Part shown: positions 29,882 to 41,898 of the stretch, in pieces
Layout of the letters: each line of letters starts with the position of its first letter
How positions within the stretch are numbered: position 1 is the first letter of the stretch
From: Candidatus Bathyarchaeota archaeon
GTDB taxonomy: Archaea; Thermoproteota; Bathyarchaeia; Bathyarchaeales; DTEX01
Direction: 5' to 3'
DNA length: 64,000 nt
Assembly (NCBI GenBank): GCA_963714275.1
Contig: CAVQNT010000002.1
Coordinates: 64,001-128,000, forward strand
The notes under the pieces: generated by a model
What the model saw: only the letters and a program-made list of their open reading frames with translations
The model's database searches: none
What the model was told of the DNA's origin: nothing
Made by a program: the position numbers and the translations under genes

Positions 29882-30988
29882 CTATAGTCCCCACCAGTTG
29901 CCTTTTGGCTTTACATCCTCATCTAATTCTTTGGCTAGCTGTTCAAGTAAGGTCTTTTGTTGAGATGTAAGTTTCTTAGGAACCGTTACATCAACCTTAA
30001 CTCTTAAGTCACCTCTACCGTATCCTTTGAACCTTGGCATACCCTGACCTTTGAGTCTTAAGATTTCGCCCGGCTGTGTTCCTGGCGGAATTCTTACGTT
30101 GGACTTTCCATTAATTACAGGTATTGTAACTTCGGTGCCTAATGCTGCTTGAGCAATCCCGATTTTAAGATTGTAGAGAAGATCATTTCCATCTCTTATG
30201 AAATACTGATGAGGCAAAACGTGAATCAATACATATAAATCTCCAGGTGATCCTGCTTCGGACATTTCTCCTTCTCCCATTAATCTTAATTGATATTCTT
30301 CATCTATTCCTGGCGGTATCTTGACAGTGATTCTTCGTGTTCTTTCCGCAAGTCCTCTTCCTCTACAATTATGACACGGGGTGTCAATGATTATCCCTTT
30401 TCCTCTGCACGTGGGGCATGGTGTGACTCTTACAAACACTCCAAATGCATTTCTGACAGAACTTCGTATTTTTCCCGCTCCATTACATCTTGTGCACTGT
30501 TTGGGTGATGTTCCGGGTTCAGCTCCACTGCCTTCACAGACATTGCACTTTTCGATTCTTTCGATTTGTATTTCCTTTTCTACACCGTTTGCTGCCTCTT
30601 CAAGCGTGACATTAAGTTCGTAAGCGAGGTCTCTACCTCTTACACTTCTTTCTCTGTAGCCTCTGTTACCAAAAAAGACGCTGAATATGTCTCCAAAGCC
30701 AAAGTCCCTTAATATTGAATCAAAATCAGCGCCCCTGAAAATGTCTTCTGTAGTGTAATGTTGGTCAAAACCTGCATGGCCAAGTTGATCGTATTGGGCT
30801 TTCTTTTCATCGTCCGAAAGTACAGCGTAGGCTTCTGATATTTCCTTGAATTTTTCTTCAGCGTCAGGCGCCTTGTTCCTATCAGGATGATACTGTAGAG
30901 CCAGCTTTCTATAAACGTCTTTTACTTGTTCTTTTGTAGCGGTTTTGGGAACTCCAAGGACTTCATAGTAATCTTTTTTGCTGGACAT
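29882..30988 (-). CDS. dnaJ: Chaperone DnaJ
   Basis: HPD motif and four CxxCxGxG repeats. Confidence 0.97.
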   Translation of the reverse strand: MSSKKDYYEVLGVPKTATKEQVKDVYRKLALQYHPDRNKAPDAEEKFKEISEAYAVLSDDEKKAQYDQLGHAGFDQHYTTEDIFRGADFDSILRDFGFGDIFSVFFGNRGYRERSVRGRDLAYELNVTLEEAANGVEKEIQIERIEKCNVCEGSGAEPGTSPKQCTRCNGAGKIRSSVRNAFGVFVRVTPCPTCRGKGIIIDTPCHNCRGRGLAERTRRITVKIPPGIDEEYQLRLMGEGEMSEAGSPGDLYVLIHVLPHQYFIRDGNDLLYNLKIGIAQAALGTEVTIPVINGKSNVRIPPGTQPGEILRLKGQGMPRFKGYGRGDLRVKVDVTVPKKLTSQQKTLLEQLAKELDEDVKPKGNWWGL

Positions 30989-31041
30989 ATCTGAACCATC
31001 AGATTGTAATAGAGGCGCTAGATTAACTCGTTAAAAGACCC

Positions 31042-32907
31042 CTACTTTACTTTGTAGTCTTCTGAGTCAACTACCTTTTCTTCGCTAGATTCCGATGGTG
31101 GTGCTTCGCTGGGTTGTCCTTTCTGCTTTGCCTGTTCCGCAGCTGCTTGTTGATAAATTGTTGTCCCTACATCTTGGAGAACTTTCATGAGTTCGTCAGA
31201 CTTTACCTTTGTTTTTTCAGAATCGGTGCCTGCTAAAGCATCCTTTAGTGCTGAAACTGCCGCGTCTATCTTATTCTTAGATTCCTCAGTGAGTTTTTCC
31301 CCCAAATCCTTTTTAGTTTTCTCTGCGGTGTAGATAAGATTATCAGCATTGTTTCTTATATCAGCCTCTTCCCGTTTCTTCTTATCCTGTTCAGTAAACT
31401 GTTCTGCTTCTCTAACCAGGCGCTCTTTTTCCTCTTTGGACAGTTTAGTTGAGGCTGTAATGGTTATTTTTGCTTCTTTGCTAGTTCCTAGGTCCTTTGC
31501 TGTAACGTTCAATATTCCGTTTGCATCAATGTCAAATGTAACCTCAATCTGTGGTACACCTCTGGGTGCTGGAGGAATGCCTTCCAGGTTGAACATGCCA
31601 AGGGAAATATTATCCGATGCCATTGTCCGCTCACCTTGAAGCACATGGATTGTGACTGCTGTCTGGAAGTCTGCAGCTGTTGAAAATGTTTGGCTTCTCC
31701 TAGTGGGTATTGTCGTGTTTTTCTCAAGTATTCTAGTAAATACGCGTCCAAGGGTCTCAACGCCCAAAGACAAAGGCGTAACATCAAGCAGAAGCAAGTC
31801 TTTTACTTCTCCCGTTAAGACTGCCCCTTGAATTGCTGCGCCTATCGCTACACATTCCATTGGGTCTACACCTCTTTCTGCCGGTTTACCCATTAACTGT
31901 TCTACGAACCTTTGGACGTAAGGCATTCTAGTCATTCCACCGATGAGAATTATTTTGTCTATGTCTTTTGGAGTCAACTTAGCGTCTTCCAAGGCTTTCA
32001 CAATTGTACGCTCTGTTTTCTGGACTATGGGCTGAGATAATGTTTCAAGTTTTGCCCTTGACAACATGATGTGAAGATGTTTTGGCCCAGACGCATCATT
32101 ATATATGAATGGTAAATCAATATCGGTCGTCATCAACGCAGATAATTCGATTTTAGCCTTCTCTGAAGCCTCTTTTAACCTTGATATTGCCATCTTGTCG
32201 TTTCGAAGGTTGATTCCTGTTTGCCTCTGGAACTCTTCAACAAGGTAGTCCATCACTGCCTTGTCTAAATCTGTGCCACCGATCTGTGTGTCCCCGCTTG
32301 TTGATAAAACTTGAAAGACTCCTTTACCAAAGTCCATTATTGTTACGTCATGTGTGCCACCTCCGAAGCTGAAAACTAGAATCTTCATCTCCTTTTCCAG
32401 TTTGTCAATTCCGAAGGCTAGGCAGGCTGCAGTCGGCTCGTTTATTATTCTTGCAACTTCGAAGCCAGCTATTTCTCCCGCGTCTTTCGTGGCTTGCCGC
32501 TGATTGTCGTTAAAGTGCGCTGGCACTGTAATTACGGCTTTGTTTATTGTGATCGCAAGGTATGTCTCAGCATCTTTCTTTATCTTCTGAAGTATGAAAG
32601 CTGAGATTTGCTGCGGATTGTATTCTTTTCCCGCAATGTTAACCTTATAATCGGTTCCCATTTTCCTTTTTATTTCGTAAACGGTTCCTTCAGGATTTGC
32701 GGTTGCTTGCCTTTTTGCTGATTCGCCTATTAAGAGTGTTCCATCTTTAGTGATGGCGACAACTGAAGGAAACATTTTTCCTGCCATTGTTGGTCCTTCA
32801 ACACTCGGAATAACGGTTGCTCGTCCACCTTCGTAAATGGCAGCTGCGGAATTGGTCGTTCCCAAATCTATACCAAGAATTTTTTCTCCAGGTTTTACAT
32901 TACTCAT
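31042..32907 (-). CDS. dnaK: Chaperone DnaK
   Basis: [30 protein letters not shown]; start MSNVK at 32907. Confidence 0.97.
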   Translation of the reverse strand: MSNVKPGEKILGIDLGTTNSAAAIYEGGRATVIPSVEGPTMAGKMFPSVVAITKDGTLLIGESAKRQATANPEGTVYEIKRKMGTDYKVNIAGKEYNPQQISAFILQKIKKDAETYLAITINKAVITVPAHFNDNQRQATKDAGEIAGFEVARIINEPTAACLAFGIDKLEKEMKILVFSFGGGTHDVTIMDFGKGVFQVLSTSGDTQIGGTDLDKAVMDYLVEEFQRQTGINLRNDKMAISRLKEASEKAKIELSALMTTDIDLPFIYNDASGPKHLHIMLSRAKLETLSQPIVQKTERTIVKALEDAKLTPKDIDKIILIGGMTRMPYVQRFVEQLMGKPAERGVDPMECVAIGAAIQGAVLTGEVKDLLLLDVTPLSLGVETLGRVFTRILEKNTTIPTRRSQTFSTAADFQTAVTIHVLQGERTMASDNISLGMFNLEGIPPAPRGVPQIEVTFDIDANGILNVTAKDLGTSKEAKITITASTKLSKEEKERLVREAEQFTEQDKKKREEADIRNNADNLIYTAEKTKKDLGEKLTEESKNKIDAAVSALKDALAGTDSEKTKVKSDELMKVLQDVGTTIYQQAAAEQAKQKGQPSEAPPSESSEEKVVDSEDYKVK

Positions 32908-33442
32908 TTTTATTTTCCTCCTTTTGTGACTGTGACGGTTGTACAACAATCTTAACTATACTTGGTCTAATCACCTTTTCTCTTAAGGTATAACCTTTTC
33001 GAATTTCTTCGACTATTATGCATCCTTCAACGCCATTTTTTTCGGTTTTTGCGATGGCGTTGTGTTTTAAGGGATCAAAGGGCTCACCTACGCTTTTAAT
33101 AGGACAAACCCCCTCGTATTCAAGAATTTTCCTGAATTTTTTTAGAATCATTTCGACCCCTTGGACAAGGATTTCTACTGAGTTCGAAGAACGAGCAGAA
33201 TTAACAGCCATCTCCAGCTCGTCGACGACATCTAACAGTTCAGTTATAATACGTTCGTTGGAGTATTTCTGGACATCCTCTAACTTTTTGTCGAACCTTT
33301 TTTTAAGGTTCTCAAGATCTGCTCTGGTATATTGTAATTGTGTAAGGTATTCTTGTGAACGTTTTTTCTCGTTTTCCAGGGTCTTTTCTAATGCTTCCAC
33401 TTGTTCGTTGCTTTTTTCCTTTTCCTCTATCTTCTCGTCCAT
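32900..33442 (-). CDS. grpE: Nucleotide exchange factor GrpE
   Basis: [31 protein letters not shown]. Confidence 0.95.
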   Translation of the reverse strand: MDEKIEEKEKSNEQVEALEKTLENEKKRSQEYLTQLQYTRADLENLKKRFDKKLEDVQKYSNERIITELLDVVDELEMAVNSARSSNSVEILVQGVEMILKKFRKILEYEGVCPIKSVGEPFDPLKHNAIAKTEKNGVEGCIIVEEIRKGYTLREKVIRPSIVKIVVQPSQSQKEENKNE

Positions 33443-33760
33443 CTTATCAATCTCATTAGGATTCGTAGTTTCTTAGCTGTACAAACAAAAATATAAACAT
33501 ACATTTTGTGTAAGGATTCAAATCCCCTTTTAAATAGTAGACTTGAATAAGTGACCTTTTTCTTTAAGAAGAAAATAACCGATATCATATGCAATTCATG
33601 TTAAGTCTCTTTATTCATTCCAGAAAATAATGGATTCTTACTGTGTTTAAAATATAATTTAGGTCAGAGACATGTGTCTGTAATCTTTTAATCAAATCTG
33701 TGTTTCTCATTTACAAAGCTTAAAACTGAAAAATACAAACTTTTTGCAGGATGAGAAATT

Positions 33761-34718
33761 ATGAAAACAATCGATGTTCCTCAAGGATTAGAAAAATACA
33801 AAGAGACTGACATGAAGCTTCTTACAGGCGAAAAAGTTGAAAGCATACTGGGCATGTCCCCAATCTCAAAACTTCGAAACTATGTATTGTGTAGCTTAAT
33901 TGCATTTCTTGGATTCCAATTATGGAGCATATTCAGCCAAACAAGCGTTTCAGTCGAGTTACTATTTCCCGCTTTAATAACATTAATAGTAACATATTTC
34001 ATGTGGACATACAAAGTGACAGAAAGTGGCAAAAACCTAATATTTAGCATATTCAAGTACCTGTTTTACATTTCATTGCTTAGCTACCTAATCACATTCA
34101 TGGGTTCTATACTAGGCCCTATTATCACGACATTTAATCCAAACTTTACTGGTCCTAGCATCAATCCAGCAGATAACATAAACAACATTCTTTCATCCAT
34201 AACATACGTAATAAACGAAAACTTAATTCAATACTCCCAATACGGAGAACTTGCTGGCCTAGGACTCATTGCAGCGAGCTTTATTGATCTTACCATTCAT
34301 CTACATGAGCACAAGAGGAAGGCTTTACTACGTATCAAACAAAAGAATAATTGTTAGAGAAAAATCTGGAACAGTTCAAGTTACTACACTTCCACTTGAT
34401 AAAATCGTGGAAGTAACAGCTTTCCAAGGATTTTTTGGTAGACTTCTAGGTTACGGCGACGTGATACTCACAATGACAAGCGGCGAAGGCACATCAGAAA
34501 CTTTACGTCCAAAACCAGTTTCCCCATTGGGTGACTTTTACCGAGTAAAACGAAGATTAGAAGGAATAAAAGACATCTGGAACACAAAGGATCTGATATT
34601 AACACTGAGAGAAAGATATGTTCAAGCAAACTACCTAGAAAACATGGAGAATGAACTTAAGAGAATAAGGGAAGCAGTCGAAGAGAAACCTTTGAAACCT
34701 CTTCAATATGTAAAATAA
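33761..34718 (+). CDS. Membrane protein with bacterial-PH (bPH_2) domain (indel near 34285)
   Basis: 4-5 TM segments, then YYVSNKRII..QGFFGRLLGYGDV. Confidence 0.75.
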
Positions 34719-34858
34719 AACAATGAGTTTTAAAAAAAGTCTATTATTTATAATTTATTTAGTTATATAATATAAGTCTTGGAATTGCGGTTCTCATAGG
34801 ATTTACTAGTCAGCTAATAATATGAGAGAGAGAAAGATTAAAATAAATTTTTTAGCTG

Positions 34859-34984
34859 TTATTTTTGTACTCGTTTCTCTCCAATGTAATATAATGACCA
34901 ACCAATGAACCACAAGAAACAGACTGCTGGAAGAGCTACAAAAACAAGTAGTCTACTTCTACCACGTCTACCTTCAATTAACAT
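34859..34984 (-). CDS. 41-aa single-TM protein
   Basis: Manual translation MLIEGRRGRSRLLVFVALPAVCFLWFIGWSLYYIGEKRVQK; paralog at 18569. Confidence 0.65.
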   Translation of the reverse strand: MLIEGRRGRSRLLVFVALPAVCFLWFIGWSLYYIGEKRVQK

Positions 34985-35461
34985 AGTAGAAAATGATAAT
35001 GTAAACAGAAAAAGCGTTATGAACTAGTAATCTAGTCTCAAGATATACAGCTAAGGATCAAGATGTGAAGTTAGTATTTACTATTTTTTCCTTTTACCAA
35101 AAAGAAATGTGCCATCCTGCAAAAATGTGGGAATGAGCTTCACAGACTGTCAAGATGTTTAGTAAAACAGTAAACAAATACAAATAGAATAAAAAATATG
35201 CAAATCCACTAATTTTCTTTAAAAAAAATAAAAAAACTTCAACTTAGAGCTAGATATTCTAAATTCCCACACACAACATCCCCAAAAAGGGTCCGTAACT
35301 CAGCTAACGATTTATACGACATACGGGATATGTGCGTGGACACAAGTATAAAGAACAAGAATTTTTTTTTATCTCATCTCATCCTTACCAAATGTTCTCT
35401 AAAGAAAGTCCTAAATGCATATAATGTTAAAATAATGGTAGTTTGTTAAGGAGAGGATTCA

Positions 35462-36388
35462 ATGTCGGTGCTTGCTGTCTTTAATGGTTTTCGTTGGTTC
35501 AAGCCTTATATAGAAATTTGCAGAGTGGAAAGCTGGTTAAGCTGGGTTTTCGGTTTTGCTTTTGGAACCGTCTTTTTCAGTTTCCCTTTACTTGGTCAAG
35601 CTATAACTATTTTCTTTGCCTTCTCTTTTGCGACAGCAAGTATCTTTATCTTAAATCAATATTTTGATCGTCAAGCAGATGAAAAGAACATATTAAAAAT
35701 GAAACTGCCCATAGCCTCCGGGCAAATATCGCCATGTAACGCCCTAATCTTCTCCTTCCTACTAATTATTTCATGTTTTATACTGGTTTTCATAGTAGAC
35801 ATTAATCTGTCTCTACCTCTATTCCTTTACCTTGCTCTCTGGGCTTTGTACTCAGCACCAACTCCCAGACTAAAGTCCATGCCGGTCATAGACTTCTTAA
35901 CCTCAGGTATTGGTGCTGGATTTCTTCCCTTCTTCATAGGTTCAAGTGTTACACTTCAGCCCAACAGCAGCATCTCACTCATCATACTTGCAACTACACC
36001 TCTGATACTTTTTCATTGCGGGGCTCACATAGTTCAAACCATAGGCGACTACGAAGCTGATCGAGAAGCAGGCATCAGCACTTTTGTCGTTAGATACGGG
36101 AGGAAGAAAGGAGTAACAATTGCTGGACTCATGTTCTTATCAGCTTTTCTTTTACCCTTCATATGCCTATTTACAGGATTAGTCTCTCATAGTCACCTAG
36201 TCTTCTTTACCATGTTACTTCTACTTTCCATACCCCCTCTGTTACGCTTTAAACACCTATTCAAAAATCCCTGTTCAAGCAGCGTCATCAGCCTACAAAA
36301 GTCAGTGAAGAAATACGGAGTCCTTGCATTGATAATCACTTGGATTTATATACTAATGACAAAACTTGTTCTTACAGGTTTTTTCTGA
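35462..36388 (+). CDS. UbiA family prenyltransferase
   Basis: NQYFDRQAD, YSAP..RLK, GDYEADREAG. Confidence 0.9.
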   Translation: MSVLAVFNGFRWFKPYIEICRVESWLSWVFGFAFGTVFFSFPLLGQAITIFFAFSFATASIFILNQYFDRQADEKNILKMKLPIASGQISPCNALIFSFLLIISCFILVFIVDINLSLPLFLYLALWALYSAPTPRLKSMPVIDFLTSGIGAGFLPFFIGSSVTLQPNSSISLIILATTPLILFHCGAHIVQTIGDYEADREAGISTFVVRYGRKKGVTIAGLMFLSAFLLPFICLFTGLVSHSHLVFFTMLLLLSIPPLLRFKHLFKNPCSSSVISLQKSVKKYGVLALIITWIYILMTKLVLTGFF

Positions 36389-36855
36389 GGATCATTCTTT
36401 TTCCGGCACGTATGAAAATCCAAAATCATCCCATTAATCAATTGAAAAGATACAAACTATTCTACCTCTATTAATACGATCTCTTAACCTCAAGCCTTTA
36501 TCACTCTAATGTAAGACACCAAATTAGCTAGTCTTGAAAAAAATAGTCCTCTTTGTCATAAATATTCACATACCCTTTTGGGCATTTAAGTGTATTATAC
36601 CTCAAGATTGCCTTCTCGATCTTTCTGTGTCTGTCTCCATGTGGTGAGTCTAAGTAGTTAAGAAGGAAGGAAAATACAAAGAAGAAGAAAAAGATTAAAA
36701 TTTTGCTGATTATAGAAAAGCTTCCCTTATTTATCTTATTAAGCTTCTCTTCTAAAAACCATTATGAAAACTATCTTCCTCCTATCTTATTAGGCTTCCA
36801 ATTTTGACTTAATCCAACTTACCAAAAGACTTAAAGAAAAAAGAAGAGGAGAAAA

Positions 36856-37455
36856 ATGAAAAGATCAATACCGCAGATAATGACAACTGTTCTAGTGCTG
36901 ATGTTTATCTCATCATCTTCAATTGCAATTCGAGCGTGCGAAGATCCAAGCCCAATGATTACTCTATCGCCTAATGTCGGATTTGTTACAATGATATCAG
37001 GGTCAGGATTTGGGTCACAAAAATATATAACCATCAAATGGGATGGGACTCCAATTCCAACATACCCGGCTTCTGTAAAAACTGATTCTAACGGTGTTTT
37101 CACTTGCATGATTGTGGCATATGAACAACCACCAGAAGGCGGCACATTCACGATAACAGCCACTGATGGACCTAATTCAGCTTCTGCATTATTTACTGTT
37201 CCACTTACTTTAGGACAAACTGGGCAGCAAGGACCAAAAGGTTCTCAAGGTGAGACTGGACCAGCAGGAGCAGAAGGAAAAGATGGAATTAATGGAACAC
37301 AAGGACTACAAGGTAACACAGGCGCTACTGAAGAAGGACCAATCGGACCAGCAGGTGAAATACCTTGGCTCTTAATCTATACTATGCTTGGACTATCAGC
37401 AACATCCTTTATAGTTGCTTATTCCGCATATTCGAAAAGGAGATACGAAATATAA
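36856..37455 (+). CDS. Surface protein: Ig-like domain, collagen-like repeat and C-terminal TM
   Basis: ISGSGF..WDG; 13+3 Gly-X-Y triplets; hydrophobic tail followed by KRR. Confidence 0.8.
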   Translation: MKRSIPQIMTTVLVLMFISSSSIAIRACEDPSPMITLSPNVGFVTMISGSGFGSQKYITIKWDGTPIPTYPASVKTDSNGVFTCMIVAYEQPPEGGTFTITATDGPNSASALFTVPLTLGQTGQQGPKGSQGETGPAGAEGKDGINGTQGLQGNTGATEEGPIGPAGEIPWLLIYTMLGLSATSFIVAYSAYSKRRYEI

Positions 37456-37596
37456 AAAAAAACAATTATCTCCCCCTTTTTTGTTTTTTAAATTTTCAAA
37501 AAATTGAAATAATATTCAACATCTCGGTCGTTTTGAGCAAAACAAATAACACGCCAACATTTCGAAGTAATTCGCAGTTTAAGCACAAGCCTTAGG

Positions 37597-37612
37597 GATA
37601 AAGTTAAAATAA
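37597..37612 (+). promoter_or_regulatory. Archaeal BRE/TATA upstream of EF-1alpha
   Basis: GATAAAGTTAAAATAA about 75 bp upstream of the start. Confidence 0.5.
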
Positions 37613-37685
37613 CGGATCGTTCTGATGTTTAACCGTTTCCACCAAAAACATAATAAAAAAATAGTGAAGATTTGGAGGATAAAGT

Positions 37686-38987
37686 ATGAGTAAATCAGAA
37701 AAACCGCACTTAAACCTAGTAATCATTGGGCATATTGACCACGGAAAATCCACAACAACAGGCCACCTCCTCTATCTATCAGGAGTGGTTGACGAAAGAA
37801 CAATCAAAGCTTTCGAAGAGGAAGCAGCCAAGATGGGCAAGTCAACGTTCAAGTACGCATGGGTCCTCGACAACCTGAAGGAAGAAAGAGAAAGAGGAAT
37901 AACGATTGACCTCCGTTTCCTAAAGTTTGAGACTCCTCATTTCTTCTTCACAGTCATCGACGCTCCTGGACACAGAGACTTCGTTAAAAACATGATTACG
38001 GGCGCCAGCCAAGCGGACGCCGCCATACTCTTCGTTTCAGCCAAGAAAGGCGAATTCGAGTCTGGAATAGGCGCTGGCGGACAAACAAGAGAACACGCTT
38101 TTCTCGCCTTCACTTTGGGAGTCAGGCAGCTTGTCGTTGCCATAAACAAGATGGACGATCCATCAGTCAACTGGGGTAAGGAACGATACGACGAGATCAA
38201 GAACGAAGTTAGCCGCATGATTAGGCTTGTCGGCTACAACCCAGCTGTCATTAATTTTGTGCCAACCTCAGGGTGGACTGGAGACAACCTAGTTAAGAAG
38301 AGCGACAAGATGCCATGGTATGATGGACCATGCCTATACGATGCCTTGGACAAGTTGACGATACCTCCGAAACCAACTGACAAACCCTTACGTCTACCTA
38401 TTCAGGATGTCTACACGATCACAGGCGTTGGAACAGTTCCTGTTGGAAGAGTCGAAACTGGCGTACTGAAAGAAGGCGACACACTGTTGTTCATGCCGTC
38501 GAATGTTACGGGTGAAGTGAAATCAATGGAAACCCATCACGTCAGAATTCCGAGGGCTGAACCAGGTGACAACATCGGTTTTAACATAAGAGGCGTCGCC
38601 AAGAATGACATTAAAAGAGGCGACGTAGCTGGAAGTCCCAGTAACCCACCAACAGTGGCAAAAGAGTTCATTGGACAAATAATCGTCATCCACCATCCGA
38701 CAGCCATAGCTGCTGGATACACTCCGGTTCTGCACGCCCACACCTCTCAAGTAGCATGCAAGTTCTCGGAACTAATCAGAAAGATGGATCCCCGAACAGG
38801 GCAAACAATCGAAGAACACCCAACTTTCCTGAAGACTGGAGACAGCGCCTTGGTAAAATTTGAACCTCTTCGCCCAATCTGTCTAGAGGTTTACACAGAA
38901 TTCCCGGAGCTAGGACGATTCGCAGTACGTGACATGGGAACAACCATCGCTGCAGGTGTGGTCAAAGAAATACCTGTCAAAGGTTAG
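37686..38987 (+). CDS. tuf: Translation elongation factor EF-1alpha (archaeal)
   Basis: [31 protein letters not shown]. Confidence 0.98.
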   Translation: MSKSEKPHLNLVIIGHIDHGKSTTTGHLLYLSGVVDERTIKAFEEEAAKMGKSTFKYAWVLDNLKEERERGITIDLRFLKFETPHFFFTVIDAPGHRDFVKNMITGASQADAAILFVSAKKGEFESGIGAGGQTREHAFLAFTLGVRQLVVAINKMDDPSVNWGKERYDEIKNEVSRMIRLVGYNPAVINFVPTSGWTGDNLVKKSDKMPWYDGPCLYDALDKLTIPPKPTDKPLRLPIQDVYTITGVGTVPVGRVETGVLKEGDTLLFMPSNVTGEVKSMETHHVRIPRAEPGDNIGFNIRGVAKNDIKRGDVAGSPSNPPTVAKEFIGQIIVIHHPTAIAAGYTPVLHAHTSQVACKFSELIRKMDPRTGQTIEEHPTFLKTGDSALVKFEPLRPICLEVYTEFPELGRFAVRDMGTTIAAGVVKEIPVKG

Positions 38988-39010
38988 CAGGATAATAGCC
39001 AAAGAATACT

Positions 39011-39030
39011 ATTTTCTCTTTTTTTCTTTT
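39011..39030 (+). terminator. Oligo-T archaeal terminator
   Basis: TTTTCTCTTTTTTTCTTTT right after tuf. Confidence 0.5.
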
Positions 39031-39052
39031 ATAGAATCCCAGAATATTAAGT

Positions 39053-39610
39053 GTGACTGTAATCTTGAACGAAAGCAAAGTTGAAGTAATGTATTTCTAT
39101 TCCGATATGCATGAAAACGAGAGGAAACTTTCTAGGATTACTAGGAAGCTCGGTCAAGAACGGAAGGACATACATATACGCTTGGTCAACATTGACGACC
39201 CTGAAAACGATGAACTGACGGAACTTTACGGTGTGGACACGGTTCCGCTTTTGGTTTTTTTGACTCCAAGAGGCGAAGTTGCTGCTAAGAGGTTTCTGCC
39301 TTTATCGGCTGAAAAAGTCGTGTTTGAGATTACAGATCAAATCAACAAGGGGGAGCTTCCAAACCCCGTTGTGGAAGAGATAAAGACAAAGATTCTCGAC
39401 ACATTAAAAGCGGTAACTAAAAGAAGCGATCTCACAGAACTCGTAGCGGAACAATTCGAGGACGACCTTGTTGAAGCAAGCGGAAAATCAGAATTGTATG
39501 AAATGATAAATTCTCACATCAGCGCCATTAACCACGCAATAAGCGATCTTGAAGAGTTTAAAAGGGTTCTACAAAGGTATTCAAAGAATCAGGGAAATTT
39601 CGTTGCTTAG
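39053..39610 (+). CDS. Thioredoxin-fold protein without CxxC, with helical C-terminus
   Basis: VNID...YGVDTVPLLVFL..G. Confidence 0.65.
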   Translation: MTVILNESKVEVMYFYSDMHENERKLSRITRKLGQERKDIHIRLVNIDDPENDELTELYGVDTVPLLVFLTPRGEVAAKRFLPLSAEKVVFEITDQINKGELPNPVVEEIKTKILDTLKAVTKRSDLTELVAEQFEDDLVEASGKSELYEMINSHISAINHAISDLEEFKRVLQRYSKNQGNFVA

Positions 39611-40380
39611 CTAATGTACGAAATTTTCTCTTCTTCTATTCTGCGTCTTGTTTTTTCAGTGTTTCTTCTTTGTTCCTCGATTTTCCGCATTCTGTCTTCG
39701 ATCTGTTCTGACTTTGTGATCTCGTTGTCTAGGCCTGAAAGGTCAACGTCGATATTCAGTATTCTCGAAATCGCTTTAACGACACTCTTAGCTGCCTTCG
39801 GGTCAGGTAAATAGCCCGGTGTTTCCGCAAGTAAACAGGCAGCCTCCAAATTTCGAAGATTCGCTAATCCAATGAGCAGCCCAGCTGTTCCCACTATCGG
39901 GCTTCCCGGCGGACTGCTTTTTATTCCTGAGTCTGAAGCCTTTGATAACAGTTCTTGGCTTGTTGCTGACATGTAGATTTGCGGTTCCGTTTTTACCTCG
40001 GTTCGGTATCCGCCTATTGTTATGACCAACTTTACATTGTTTTGTTCAGCAAATCCTAATATTGCGTCTGCTACTTCATATTGGCCTTCGATCGTTTGGG
40101 GTTGGGTATCACCAGTCAGCAGGATGAGGTCGTTTCCTCCACGTTCGTTTCTCCAATAGTGAAACTCGGATCGAAGTAGCCTAATTGAACCCGCCTTGTT
40201 TACCAGAACATAATATGCGTAATGTGGAGAGTACAGTTCCGCTATTTTTTTAGCTTTCAACCATTTTATGAGGTATTCAACAGCTATTTTTCCAACCATT
40301 CCCTGTCCTGGGAGGCCTTCTATTAGAACGGGATTTTTTGGCTCAACTTTTTCTTTCACTATTATTGTTGTCTCTTTCAT
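39607..40380 (-). CDS. Proteasome assembly chaperone PAC2 family
   Basis: EGLPGQGMVGK, GDTQP, TIGG, PDPKAA; conserved position after nop10. Confidence 0.9.
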   Translation of the reverse strand: MKETTIIVKEKVEPKNPVLIEGLPGQGMVGKIAVEYLIKWLKAKKIAELYSPHYAYYVLVNKAGSIRLLRSEFHYWRNERGGNDLILLTGDTQPQTIEGQYEVADAILGFAEQNNVKLVITIGGYRTEVKTEPQIYMSATSQELLSKASDSGIKSSPPGSPIVGTAGLLIGLANLRNLEAACLLAETPGYLPDPKAAKSVVKAISRILNIDVDLSGLDNEITKSEQIEDRMRKIEEQRRNTEKTRRRIEEEKISYIS

Positions 40381-40541
40381 TCTTTAAGCTGCCTCATCAT
40401 GCCCTTGTATCTAGCGTATCTGTCTTCGGGTGAAAACTTGGCTGGATGCGGTATACGGGGTTCTCCGCCACAATACGGACATTTATCTTGCTTAAGCGTA
40501 TATTTTCCGCATTGCGTGCATTTTCTGGTCAACCACACCAT
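40377..40541 (-). CDS. nop10: H/ACA RNP protein Nop10
   Basis: Manual translation MVWLTRKCTQCGKYTLKQDKCPYCGG..PHPAKFSPEDRY (54 aa, below the ORF-track cutoff). Confidence 0.93.
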   Translation of the reverse strand: MVWLTRKCTQCGKYTLKQDKCPYCGGEPRIPHPAKFSPEDRYARYKGMMRQLKE

Positions 40542-40546
40542 GAAGG

Positions 40547-41339
40547 CTATCCTCTTTCGAAGACTCCTTGTCCCCCTGCCTTAACTATACCCTCAATAGC
40601 GGTGTCAGCAACCCTCTTCATAATGTCATTTGCTTCTTTGTGGTCACTCGCCGTTACTTCTATTCGGTACTTAGGCGGGGAAACAGTGAATATTTCAACT
40701 TTCGCTCCACGAGACGTTGTGACCGTTTGAGCTTTTTTTAGAGCTTCCCTAATTTGCTCGACGCCGTCTGGTTTTAGACAGCTAATGTTCAAGTTTCCCT
40801 TTGTCTTAACCACGGAAATTCTAATCTTGTCCTTGGCAATCTCGGCAAGAGCCTCAGCTAATTCTTTTGGCAACCCCTTTTCTAAGAGAACATCCAATCC
40901 TTCTTTTGCAGCTTTATCGAGTCCTTCATACGCTGTTCCGAATGCTTGTTCAAGTGGCACCCAAGCCTTTTCATGAAGTTGTTCCATGGGTATCCCAAGT
41001 TTCTGGGATGCACTTCTCAGTAGGCTTTCAGCCTTTTTTGTCTGTTTCCATTGAAGTGTTGTTTCTCTTCTCTCGCTTCTTGTTACCCTTCTCAGGGAAA
41101 GGTCGATGAGTTGCTTTTCAGGGTCTACTCTTAAAACTTTCAGAACTACTTTTTCTCCATCGTGGACGTAGTCGCGGATGTTTCTTACCCAACTTGAAGA
41201 GATTTCGGAGATGTGCAGAAAGCCTTCCTTATCGTACTCGTCTAACTTGACATAAACGCCATAATTCGTTATTCGACTGACTGAAGTTATTACGAGTTCG
41301 CCTCAGCTCCGGCCACTCTTCTCTTCTTAGGAGGGACAT
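40547..41339 (-). CDS. eif2a: Translation initiation factor 2 alpha (1-base insertion near 41303)
   Basis: WPE-GELV, YGVYVKLDEY, HISEIS, IDLSLRRV, PPKYRI. Confidence 0.93.
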
Positions 41340-41349
41340 CCTTTTTTCT

Positions 41350-41547
41350 TTACTCCAAAACTTTTACGACTTCGCCCTTGATATTAGCCTTGCCACCAGT
41401 CGGTTCGGCAAGTGTTGTTCCACAAATGTTGCAGTGAACAACGGTTGCCACGTGGCTGAAGATTGACTGCTCGTTTCCGCAGTCTGGACATTTTACCTGA
41501 ACAAACGTTGTTCGAGGTTTAGGTATGATTTTATCCCATTGACTCAT
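41350..41547 (-). CDS. rps27e: 30S ribosomal protein S27e
   Basis: [21 protein letters not shown]. Confidence 0.96.
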   Translation of the reverse strand: MSQWDKIIPKPRTTFVQVKCPDCGNEQSIFSHVATVVHCNICGTTLAEPTGGKANIKGEVVKVLE

Positions 41548-41569
41548 TTTTCCATCATCGCCTTTTTTA

Positions 41570-41854
41570 TTATTGGATAGTCACTTTTCTTAGCCTGATT
41601 CCTTTTCTCTGTATCGTGAACCCACATTTTCTGCATCTGAGCTTAAGAGCCTGTTTCTTTGTAGTTTTTGCCTTTCGCTTCAACATAGGATACTTTTGTC
41701 CGCCGTACCCGCTTCTTTCACGTTTGTGGCGGCGTTCTCCGAGGGCGAGAGCTCGTCTCTTTCCTTCCTTGTAAAGTGAAACGTTGTGTGAAGTATGCGT
41801 CTTGCACTTCGGGCAGTACGTGGAAATCTCTTTAGGCACGTTCAATTCGGTCAC
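41570..41854 (-). CDS. rpl44e: 50S ribosomal protein L44e
   Basis: TYCPKC, GYGGQ, KAKTTKK, CRKCG. Confidence 0.96.
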   Translation of the reverse strand: MTELNVPKEISTYCPKCKTHTSHNVSLYKEGKRRALALGERRHKRERSGYGGQKYPMLKRKAKTTKKQALKLRCRKCGFTIQRKGIRLRKVTIQ

Positions 41855-41898
41855 TCAGTCTAGACTAACAAGTATAGAAGACCTTAAGAAAATAGTAT

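Noticed and set aside
29882-33442. grpE-dnaK-dnaJ in an archaeon as a novel transfer
   Set aside because: Well established in many mesophilic archaea; no CIRCE element seen
35289-35345. tRNA-like start GGGTCCGTAACTCAGCT
   Set aside because: No D-loop GG, no TTCRA T-arm and no acceptor complement
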